Shown: piece by piece, positions 1 to 7,594 of the stretch
How positions within the stretch are numbered: position 1 is the first letter of the stretch
How the letters are laid out: each line of letters begins with the position of its first letter
Program-made: the position numbers and the translations under genes
Notes under the pieces: model-generated
Told to the model about the DNA's origin: nothing
Database searches by the model: none
What the model saw: only the letters and a program-made list of their open reading frames with translations
Source: an uncultured bacterium
GTDB taxonomy: Bacteria; Armatimonadota; UBA5829; DTJY01
NCBI GenBank assembly: GCA_964466715.1
Contig: CAYXOC010000057.1
Coordinates: 1-23,103, forward strand
DNA length: 23,103 nucleotides
Direction of reading: 5' to 3'

Positions 1-227
1 TTGAACACCTCCTCTTTCTATTATACTCGGTGTCCACTTCTTCGATGGAAGGTCAAAGCGTGCATCTGCTCCGCGTGCCATCAGGGGAGGGGCTTAAGGT
101 CCTCTTCTCATTAGCGGTCCGAGGAGAGGCGATGAGGGAGTAACCCGCGCTCATAAGTCCGCCCATGCGCCGACCTTGCGACTCCACAGGCGGATGTCCC
201 GGTCATGATCGGCTGGGATGGGCTAGA

Positions 228-372
228 TATGGCGTGCGATGGCTCCGATTTGGAGTGCGACGGCTCGACGTCGCTCTGCATTCGGGCGGCTCGACGCCCA
301 TCCGTCCCCGGCGTGTCGAGCCACGCCTCCGAAAAGCGGTGTCAAGCCACCGCACTCCATGCCGGAGCCCCC
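228..372. repeat. Solo copy A of a ~130-bp nested-palindrome (REPIN-like) element; the same element flanks the RAYT gene at the window's right end
   Basis: Core GGAGTGCGACGGCTYGACGTCGC...GGCGGCTYGACGCCC...CCGGCGTGTCRAGCCACGCC...GCGGTGTCAAGCCACCGCACTCC, closely similar (not scored) to 22251-22409 and 22971-23103. Termini GGAGTGCG/CGCACTCC are inverted. The GGCTTGAC/GTCAAGCC motif occurs 4 times in alternating orientation. Track ORFs 165-419(+) and 203-415(-) are translations of this repeat. Confidence 0.6.
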
Positions 373-393
373 GGTATTCCATAGCCCGCGAGG

Positions 394-422
394 TTGACTC
401 AGCCGGTCGAATCATGTAGGCT
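394..422 (+). promoter_or_regulatory. Possible sigma70-type promoter for the GH94 gene
   Basis: -35 TTGACT at 394-399, 17-bp spacer, weak -10 TAGGCT at 417-422. It sits about 70 nt upstream of the ATG at 491. Confidence 0.25.
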
Positions 423-490
423 TGCTGGGTGAGAACCGAGTACGAGCGCGATCACGAGCACGAGTAAGCGCAGAGAAGCAGGAGGAAGCC

Positions 491-2887
491 ATGGGGCTTG
501 AGAAGTACGGTCACTTTTCCGAGGACGGTCGTGAGTTTGTCATCACCCGCCCGGATACACCCTCGCCGTGGGTGAACTACATCAGCAACACGCGATTCAC
601 CGGTCTGGTCACGAATTCCGGGGGCGGATACAGCTTCTACATCTGCCCGAAGGATTCGCGGATCACCCGCCACCGCTATAACTGCCTCCCGTGGGACCGT
701 CCCGGGCGCTACATATACCTCCGCGAGGACGACGGCAAGTACTGGTCGCTCACGTGGCAGCCGACTCCGAACAGGCCGATCGACTTCTATGAGTGCCGCC
801 ACGGACTCGGGTACACGACCATCGAGCAGGAGTACCGCGCGATCCGAAGCAAGGTCACATACTTCGTCCCGCAGGACGACGACCTGGAGATCTGGCGCGT
901 TTCGATCGAGAACAAGTCGCTCAAGACGCGGACGTTCGATGTCTTCTCCTACGTCGAACTCTGTCTAGGCCACGCGCTCGTAGACTTGATCAACCAGCCG
1001 AACGATCAACACTTCAACCTGGTCAGCTATGATGAAGATAACGAGATAATCTTTGCCACCAAGAACTACTGGGTCACGTATCGAGGCGCAACGGTCAAGC
1101 AGCCAAACCAGGCTTGGGACAAGTGCGTCTACTTCGCCTCCTCGCTCCCCGTGAAGGGCTTCGACGGGAAGAAGGACGCGTTCATCGGGCCCTGGAGATC
1201 GGAGTCCGATCCCGCGGCGGTCGAGGAAGGCTGCTGCCGAAACACGGAGATCACCGCGGGCGACGCATGCGCGGCCTTGCAGAGCAAGATCAAGATCAAG
1301 GCCGGCGAGACCCTGGAGTTCGTGATCCTTATGGGGGTCGTGGACAGCGAGACTTACGATGAGTCCGCCCCACCCCTCGTCGATAAGTACCGGGATCCGG
1401 CCAATCTCGATGCGGCTTTCGAGTCGCTCAGGAAGTACTGGGACGATTACATCTCGGTAGTGACCGTGGATACTCCCGACGAGAACATGAACCTGATGCT
1501 CAACGTCTGGGCGAAGCGCCAGGCGTGGGTCACCTTCCACATGCACCGCACGGCCGGCTACTATCACGGCGGACTGCTCTTCGGCACGGGCATAAGGGAT
1601 CAGTCCCAGGACCTGATGGGCCCATTGCTCGCCCATCCCGCCGAGATCGCCGACAGGATCTGCGACGTCATCTCCCATCAGTTCGCGGACGGAAGCACGC
1701 TGCACAACTACTTCCGCCTCACGGGCCAGGGCGAGAAGACGGGCCACTCGGATACCCCGCTGTGGATACCACTTGCGATCATCAGCTACCTGAAGGAGAC
1801 CGGCGACTTCAGCTTCCTGGACAGAGTCGTGCCCTACCATGACGAGGGCGAGGGCGACGTGCTGGAGCATCTCACGCGGGCGATCGATTACCCGCTGAGT
1901 CAGCTCACTCCGCGCCATCTGCCGAAGTTCGGCCCGGGCGACTGGAACGATACGCTCGACTACGTCGGCAGGCAGGGCATCGGCGAGAGCGTGTGGGTCG
2001 CGGAGTTCCTCTGCTACATCCTCCGAGAGGCCGCCGACCTGCTGGAGCGGATCGGTGCGCACTCGAAGGCGGAGAGATACCGCGTGGAGTACGATCTGAT
2101 CGCCGAAGCTCTGAACGAGATCGCGTGGGACGGCAACTGGTACATCCGAGGCACGAGAGATGACGGCAAGGTCATCGGGTCGAGCAGCAACGAGGAAGGC
2201 AAGATCTTCCTGGAACCGACCACATGGGCGGTGATCAGCGGCATAGCGTCGGATCAGCGGGCTCATGCGACGATGGGCTCGGTCTACCAGTACCTGAACA
2301 CGGAGCGAGGCCCGCAGATCCTCTGGCCGGCGTATCGTACCGTCGATCCGGGCATCGGGCTTGCGACTCGATGCGTGCCGGGCAAGAAGGAGAACGGCGC
2401 GATCTTCAACCACCCGGTGGCATGGGCGATCATGGCGGAGTGCATCCTGGGCAACGGCGACCGCGCTTACGAGTATTACCGCAAGACGAATCCCATCAAC
2501 CAGGCACACGATCCCGATATCTACCGGATGGAGCCCTACGTCTACTCGGAGTACGTCACGAGCCCCGAGCATCCGACCTTCGGCGAGGCGAGCCACTCAT
2601 GGCTCACCGGATCGGGCGTCTGGATGTACCGCGACGGGATCGACTACATCCTGGGAGTGCGCCCGACGTACGAGGGGCTGATCGTCGATCCGTGCATCCC
2701 GCATGAGTGGGACGGGTTCAAGATCACGCGAAAGTTCAGGGGAGCCGTCTACGAGATCGAGGTCAGGAATCCGAAGCATATCGAGCACGGGGTGGCATCG
2801 GTCAAGGTCGATGGCAGGAAGATCGAGGGCAACATCCTCCCGCTGTTCACTGAGGGGGTACATAAGGTGCACGTTCGGCTCGGATAG
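491..2887 (+). CDS. GH94 glycoside phosphorylase (cellobiose/cellodextrin/chitobiose-phosphorylase family)
   Basis: The N-terminus (...KYGHFSEDGREFVITRPDTPSPWVNYISN...) is GH94-like. The catalytic-acid region GPGDWNDTLD is present. Length (~800 aa) fits a cellobiose-phosphorylase-type enzyme. The track ORF starts at TTG 422; I chose ATG 491, which is preceded by GCAGGAGGA 6-8 nt upstream. Confidence 0.9.
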   Translation: MGLEKYGHFSEDGREFVITRPDTPSPWVNYISNTRFTGLVTNSGGGYSFYICPKDSRITRHRYNCLPWDRPGRYIYLREDDGKYWSLTWQPTPNRPIDFYECRHGLGYTTIEQEYRAIRSKVTYFVPQDDDLEIWRVSIENKSLKTRTFDVFSYVELCLGHALVDLINQPNDQHFNLVSYDEDNEIIFATKNYWVTYRGATVKQPNQAWDKCVYFASSLPVKGFDGKKDAFIGPWRSESDPAAVEEGCCRNTEITAGDACAALQSKIKIKAGETLEFVILMGVVDSETYDESAPPLVDKYRDPANLDAAFESLRKYWDDYISVVTVDTPDENMNLMLNVWAKRQAWVTFHMHRTAGYYHGGLLFGTGIRDQSQDLMGPLLAHPAEIADRICDVISHQFADGSTLHNYFRLTGQGEKTGHSDTPLWIPLAIISYLKETGDFSFLDRVVPYHDEGEGDVLEHLTRAIDYPLSQLTPRHLPKFGPGDWNDTLDYVGRQGIGESVWVAEFLCYILREAADLLERIGAHSKAERYRVEYDLIAEALNEIAWDGNWYIRGTRDDGKVIGSSSNEEGKIFLEPTTWAVISGIASDQRAHATMGSVYQYLNTERGPQILWPAYRTVDPGIGLATRCVPGKKENGAIFNHPVAWAIMAECILGNGDRAYEYYRKTNPINQAHDPDIYRMEPYVYSEYVTSPEHPTFGEASHSWLTGSGVWMYRDGIDYILGVRPTYEGLIVDPCIPHEWDGFKITRKFRGAVYEIEVRNPKHIEHGVASVKVDGRKIEGNILPLFTEGVHKVHVRLG

Positions 2888-3845
2888 CGGGCTGCAGAGC
2901 GGCGGCCCGTGACTCGCGCGCGAAGTGATTGAGTAGCCGGACCTCGCGGCAGAACCGGCGGTTCAGGAGATACTTGAGGCCCGAAAGGCTTCCCATCAGG
3001 CTGTTCCAGCCGATCGTCATCAAGGGGCGCTTCCCGCGAAGCGCCCCTCCGCACATCAGCCAGCCGAACTCATACGCGAGCTTGCCGGCCATGAGCAGAG
3101 AAGCGTGCAGGTCGCCGTATCTCACCCTGGCTCCGAAGACGGCCGCGACCGAGATGGAGTATCCGCGTTTCTTCTCGATCACCGACCGAAAGTCGTCAGG
3201 CTGAGCGTGGTAGACCACGGCATCAGGCAGGTAGGCGATCCATCCGCCCGCGGAGAGCACGCGGTAGAACAGGTCGATGTCGTCGCCGGCGTAGACGTGC
3301 GTGCCGACGCCGATCATCTCGTTGAACGCCCCCATCTTGAGCAGATCGTCCCGGCGGAAGGCCATATTGTTCCCCCGGCCGATGATGATCGGGTTGCACT
3401 TGCCGCGGAAGACTCTGTAGTGCCCGCAGTCCATTGTGGAGATCAGGGCTTGCCGGGGCCGGTCGTCGTGAGCCGCAGGTCTGGTTCTCCCACATACGCC
3501 GAGAACGCGCTTTCCGATGAGTCCCGATGCCAGCTTCTCGATCCAATCCTTGTCGACGATGCAGTCATCGTCGGTGAAGGCGATGATCTCTCCCCTGCTC
3601 ATCTTGATGCCGATGTTGCGCGCCTTGGTATGGCCGATGCTGCCGAGCCGCTGGTAGCGAAGCGGGATCTCGCCGCCGGAGTAGGATGCGACCAGATCCG
3701 CGGTTCGCTCGTCGGTGCTCTGATCGACGATCACGATCTCCATGGGCGGGCATTGACTTGCGAGGAGTGAGTTCAGGCATCCGCGGAGATACTCCGGCCG
3801 GTTTCGAGTGCAGATCAGAACGGAGACGCTCGGTTCCATAGCCAT
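2847..3845 (-). CDS. Family-2 glycosyltransferase (GT-A fold)
   Basis: VSVLICTRNRPEYLRGCLNSL...VIVDQSTDE...FTDDDCIVDKDW is a GT2 signature with a DxD motif. Start refined to ATG 3845 (MAMEPSV...), immediately before the GT2 core. The 3' end overlaps the GH94 3' end convergently by 41 bp. Confidence 0.85.
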   Translation of the reverse strand: MAMEPSVSVLICTRNRPEYLRGCLNSLLASQCPPMEIVIVDQSTDERTADLVASYSGGEIPLRYQRLGSIGHTKARNIGIKMSRGEIIAFTDDDCIVDKDWIEKLASGLIGKRVLGVCGRTRPAAHDDRPRQALISTMDCGHYRVFRGKCNPIIIGRGNNMAFRRDDLLKMGAFNEMIGVGTHVYAGDDIDLFYRVLSAGGWIAYLPDAVVYHAQPDDFRSVIEKKRGYSISVAAVFGARVRYGDLHASLLMAGKLAYEFGWLMCGGALRGKRPLMTIGWNSLMGSLSGLKYLLNRRFCREVRLLNHFARESRAAALQPAIRAERAPYVPPQ

Positions 3846-3861
3846 GCGCGTACCACCCTTC

Positions 3862-4665
3862 CTACACGGCGGACACCTCGATCTGTCCGGCGCCGTAGAA
3901 GCAATCGAGGTAGCTGCCGGCGACCTCTTCGATCGTGCCGTCCATGTGCACCGATCCGTCCCGGAGCCAGACTCCCCTGGTGCAGACCTTGCGCAGCGCA
4001 TCGATATCGTGGCTCACCATGACGATCGTGATCCCCTCGGCGATGGCGGACTGGAGCCGCTTCAGGCACTTGAGCCGGAATCCCTCGTCGCCGACCGCCA
4101 TGACTTCGTCGATGAGGAATATGTCGGGCGCGGCGCACATCGCAACGGCGAATCCGAGCCTGGCCTGCATTCCGGCGGAGTAGTACTTGAGGGGAGTGTC
4201 CATGAACCCCTCCAGCTCGGCAAAGTACTCGATGTCCGGCATGATTGAGGCCAGATACTTCTCCGACAGGCCGAGAATAGTGCCGTTGATGAAGACGTTC
4301 TCCGCCCCGGTCAGTTCGCCGTGGAATCCCGTCCCGATGCCGAGAAGGGCACAGACTCTGCCGACACGCCGCACCTCGCCGCTCGTAGGCTGGAGAATCC
4401 CGGCCATGAGCCTCAGGAGCGTCGACTTGCCGCATCCGTTCCGACCGAGGATGCCTACGGTCTCGCCTCGCCGGATCTCCAGGTTGATATCGCGCAGTAC
4501 GGTTCGGGTCTCGGTCTCCTTGCGCTTACCCAGGACCATGTCGAGCATCTCTCTCCGCAGCCACCGGTCGCGCCCCTGGTAGCGTCGAAAGTCCTTGCTC
4601 ACGTTCCTGAGAACGATGGCGGCGGTATCTCTATGCGGCAGACTAGATGACCTCAGCGAACTCAT
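3862..4665 (-). CDS. ABC transporter ATP-binding protein, polysaccharide-export type (Wzt/KpsT/TagH-like); no C-terminal carbohydrate-binding domain
   Basis: Walker A GILGRNGCGKST, ABC signature YSAGMQARLGFA and Walker B IFLIDEVMAVGD. At 267 aa it ends right after the NBD. The start overlaps the upstream permease by 23 nt. Confidence 0.9.
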   Translation of the reverse strand: MSSLRSSSLPHRDTAAIVLRNVSKDFRRYQGRDRWLRREMLDMVLGKRKETETRTVLRDINLEIRRGETVGILGRNGCGKSTLLRLMAGILQPTSGEVRRVGRVCALLGIGTGFHGELTGAENVFINGTILGLSEKYLASIMPDIEYFAELEGFMDTPLKYYSAGMQARLGFAVAMCAAPDIFLIDEVMAVGDEGFRLKCLKRLQSAIAEGITIVMVSHDIDALRKVCTRGVWLRDGSVHMDGTIEEVAGSYLDCFYGAGQIEVSAV

Positions 4666-5425
4666 GCTTATGCTCCGTGAACAGTATCCATCCGAATACG
4701 AACAGGCTGATTGAGAATGCAGCGGCGATGCCCAGAGTCGACCATGGCGGAAGCGTCCCCGAGTAGAGCGGGTCTCGGAAGCAGGCCGCGATATGGACGG
4801 CGGGGTTCATCTGATACAGGAAGCGGTACTGCTCCGGCACGTAGCTGACCGGATAGAAGACCGGCGTCAGGAAGAACCACGCGGTCATGATGATCGGGGA
4901 GATATACTGCGTATCTCTGTAGTACACGAATCCCAGCGCAAAAAAGAAGACCACTCCGGTGACGAAGACCAGATGCATGAGCATGACAAGCGGGAGGATC
5001 AGCGCCCCGGGGAAGATCGGCGCTCCCATCAGCACCAGTATCAACACGAACAGCCCCATCTCCAGGCAGAACTCCGAGAAGGCGGAGAGCATCCCGCTGA
5101 ATATCAGAGATTCGGACGGGAACGACGCGCGGTTGATGAGATATCCGCTCTGCCAGATGATCGGCGCTACGACCGATATGCATCTCACCAGGAAGTTCCA
5201 GGGCAGCAGCACCGGCACCAGGAAGAGCGGGAACCGGTCTACGCCCATGCGTATCACCATCGAGAATACGAAGGAGTATATGCCGATCATGACGAGGGGA
5301 TTGACCAGCGTCCAGAGGAAACCCAGGGCTGAGCGCTCGTATCTCAGCTTCAGATCCCGGATAGCCAAGTGCTTGACCAGATCACTGTACTCCGATGCGT
5401 GGGACAGCCGTCTCAACAGACCCAT
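4643..5425 (-). CDS. ABC-2 type polysaccharide export permease (Wzm/KpsM/TagG-like)
   Basis: The N-terminal ...LVKHLAIRDLKLRYERSALGFLWTLVNPLVMIGIYSFVF is the typical ABC-2 permease signature. About 6 predicted TM helices. Sits directly upstream of the ATPase. Confidence 0.85.
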   Translation of the reverse strand: MGLLRRLSHASEYSDLVKHLAIRDLKLRYERSALGFLWTLVNPLVMIGIYSFVFSMVIRMGVDRFPLFLVPVLLPWNFLVRCISVVAPIIWQSGYLINRASFPSESLIFSGMLSAFSEFCLEMGLFVLILVLMGAPIFPGALILPLVMLMHLVFVTGVVFFFALGFVYYRDTQYISPIIMTAWFFLTPVFYPVSYVPEQYRFLYQMNPAVHIAACFRDPLYSGTLPPWSTLGIAAAFSISLFVFGWILFTEHKHEFAEVI

Positions 5426-5434
5426 ATCGTACCT

Positions 5435-7594
5435 CTATCCTTCTGCAGATTTGCTTCCGTCGTCGCGATTTCTAACGGTGAATCCTTGCCAGAACCCACG
5501 CATCCCCGCCGCAACACCGGCGATCCCGGCAAGGAACGGCCAGTCAGGCGGATCGTCGCCGGCGGCCCCGAACGCCGGAGGATCGGTCCTGAGCAGCCCC
5601 GCCACCATCCGCAGGGCCTTGATCCTCGATCGTCCGCGCAGGCTCAGTCTCTCGGCGGCGGCTCGTCGGATCATCCGGGAGTGCTCGATCCCCATGCGCA
5701 GGACTTCCTGCACGCTACGCACCGGCTCCCGCCAGATTATCGCTCTGGGCTCGTAGACGACTCCCTGGTACAGGTAGAACATCGCCACAAGCGCCCTGGT
5801 GATCAGCTCCATCTCGTCGGACGACCGGTATGGGAGCGACTTGAGCGCCGATATCAGCGCATCCCTCCTGAACACCGGGCGGTGACAGCAGACCGGAAAG
5901 CCGCTCAGGATGTCGGCCGGCCGCATCCAGTCGCTCAGGCAGGTATGTTCCCATGACCTGACTCGCCCGAAACTCGCAAGCTGATGATATAGCTCGTCGG
6001 CCCTGCTGCACACGGAACGAAGGATGGCCGGTGTCAGCACACAGCCGATGTCCGATCGGGCGAAGCAGGCTCTCACGGCATCCATCCAGCCGGGGTCAGG
6101 TCGGTCGCTCGGCGAGAGGAATGCTACCAGGTCGGACCGGCGCTCCTCCAGCGCTCGCATCAGGCATGATCGAAGTCTGCCTGCGTCGGATGCGATCCGG
6201 ATGATATGGTGACGGCTCAGTTCCCGACTGGGACAGACCTCCTGCTCGGATAAGACGACCACCGAGATGGACAGGCGATGCTCCGGCGCAGGCCCGATAC
6301 GGCGTCGCGTCGAAGCATTGCGGCTCGACGGGAGACCTTTGGCTCTCGGGATAACCTCCCATATCGAGCACCGCTCGGCAGGCGATCCCTGTCTGGCCTG
6401 CTGCCACATCTCATGCCCGCACGACAGGGAGAGATGGCGCGCGAGTATCTCCGGGTGGAGTTCGTCCTGCGGAGAAGCCTCCACCCACTTGGCGGGCGGC
6501 CTACCCACGCGCGGCAGCAGAAAGAGCGTGTCGTGCTCCGGCTTGGGATGAACAGTACACAGCCCGGAGAACACGTCGACGTCTTCCACCACGATGCGTC
6601 TGCGGGCGCGATTGTCCAACTCCATGCTCTCTCTCAGCAAGTCCTCGAATCGACCCATACCGCCGCAGGCGGAGACCGCGCCCAGGAAGTAGACGGCGTT
6701 CCGAACGCACTCCCAGAGCTGTCGGTATCCGGGGCTAAGCAGACGGTCCAGGTTGCGCTCGAAGAATGAGCCGAGGACTCGGATCGCCGCCTGAGGTCGG
6801 CCGCAGACGGGGATGACCAGCCTGCTCATTCCGCAGCATACCGGGCTGATGCGCCACCACCGAGCCAGTGGAAGACTGTGGAATAGATCGGGATGCTTCT
6901 CGGCAAATCTGATGTCCGCTCGCCCGAATGTGTACCACTTGCGCAGCGAAGAACGCGGCGTGTTGGTCGGGTAGTGATATGCCAGCGCGCGAGAGGCATG
7001 GTCCATCGCCATGCCGGACTTGAGCAGCCTCGCGCCAAGCTCATAATCCTCACGGCCGTCCTTCTCGAAGCACTCGTCGAATCCCCCGACGGCCTCGAAA
7101 TCCCGCCGAGGAAGCGATATGTTTCCCGTGACGCAGTCCTCGTAGGTGAATCTGTGGCCGGGGTTAGCCATCTCTGTGAACCGCTTGTGCCACCAGTCGC
7201 GAATCATGAAATCGAGGGGATTGACGGGCATCTCGGGAGCATACGGATAGGGGCCGACCGCGATGAGCCTCTCTCTCGACTCCTGGGCTTGCAGGTGGGC
7301 GTCGAGCAGTCCCGGTTGGGGCATCACGTCGTCATCCATGAAGAGCAGGATGTCTCCCGACGATGCCTCCGCGCCCCGGTTTCGCGCCGCTGCGGCGCCG
7401 GCTCCCGGCGTCTCGATGATATTCACCCTGTGACGGTGGTCCACGGACTCGAGCGCTTGCCGAGTGTTGTCGGTACACCCGTCCAGTACGAACGTCACCT
7501 CGACCTGAGATCGGCATTCCAGGCGATCGAGAGCCTCCGCCAGGCGCACCACGGACCGAGCTCGATTGTGTGTAGGGACCACTACACTAAGCAC
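5435..7594 (-). CDS. GT2 glycosyltransferase with a ~400-aa C-terminal extension of unknown function (possibly a degenerate second GT-like domain)
   Basis: LSVVVPTHNRARSV...FVLDGCTDNT...LLFMDDDVMP is GT2. I chose GTG 7594 as start: AGGAGG lies 9 nt upstream and it overlaps the upstream gene's stop by 8 nt. The track starts (GTG 7672, ATG 7663) would overlap the upstream gene by ~80 nt and have no good RBS. Confidence 0.8.
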   Translation of the reverse strand: MLSVVVPTHNRARSVVRLAEALDRLECRSQVEVTFVLDGCTDNTRQALESVDHRHRVNIIETPGAGAAAARNRGAEASSGDILLFMDDDVMPQPGLLDAHLQAQESRERLIAVGPYPYAPEMPVNPLDFMIRDWWHKRFTEMANPGHRFTYEDCVTGNISLPRRDFEAVGGFDECFEKDGREDYELGARLLKSGMAMDHASRALAYHYPTNTPRSSLRKWYTFGRADIRFAEKHPDLFHSLPLARWWRISPVCCGMSRLVIPVCGRPQAAIRVLGSFFERNLDRLLSPGYRQLWECVRNAVYFLGAVSACGGMGRFEDLLRESMELDNRARRRIVVEDVDVFSGLCTVHPKPEHDTLFLLPRVGRPPAKWVEASPQDELHPEILARHLSLSCGHEMWQQARQGSPAERCSIWEVIPRAKGLPSSRNASTRRRIGPAPEHRLSISVVVLSEQEVCPSRELSRHHIIRIASDAGRLRSCLMRALEERRSDLVAFLSPSDRPDPGWMDAVRACFARSDIGCVLTPAILRSVCSRADELYHQLASFGRVRSWEHTCLSDWMRPADILSGFPVCCHRPVFRRDALISALKSLPYRSSDEMELITRALVAMFYLYQGVVYEPRAIIWREPVRSVQEVLRMGIEHSRMIRRAAAERLSLRGRSRIKALRMVAGLLRTDPPAFGAAGDDPPDWPFLAGIAGVAAGMRGFWQGFTVRNRDDGSKSAEG

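Noticed and set aside
1-30. TTGAAC...TATACT as a plus-strand promoter at the window start
   Set aside because: The spacer is only 15 nt. The same bases read on the minus strand give GAGGAGGTG, an RBS for a minus-strand gene that would start just outside the window. That is the more economical reading, but it cannot be confirmed without the flanking sequence.
165-419. 84-aa and 70-aa ORFs at the window start, and their near-duplicates at 22163-22426 and 22222-22404
   Set aside because: They are translations of the REPIN-like palindromic repeat. Near-identical 'proteins' appearing on both strands at every repeat copy is the signature of a repeat, not a gene.
965-2596. 543-aa minus-strand ORF antisense to the GH94 gene
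   Set aside because: It lies entirely within the well-supported GH94 CDS on the opposite strand. It has a low-complexity Arg/Ala/Val-rich translation typical of antisense ORFs in high-GC DNA, and no RBS.
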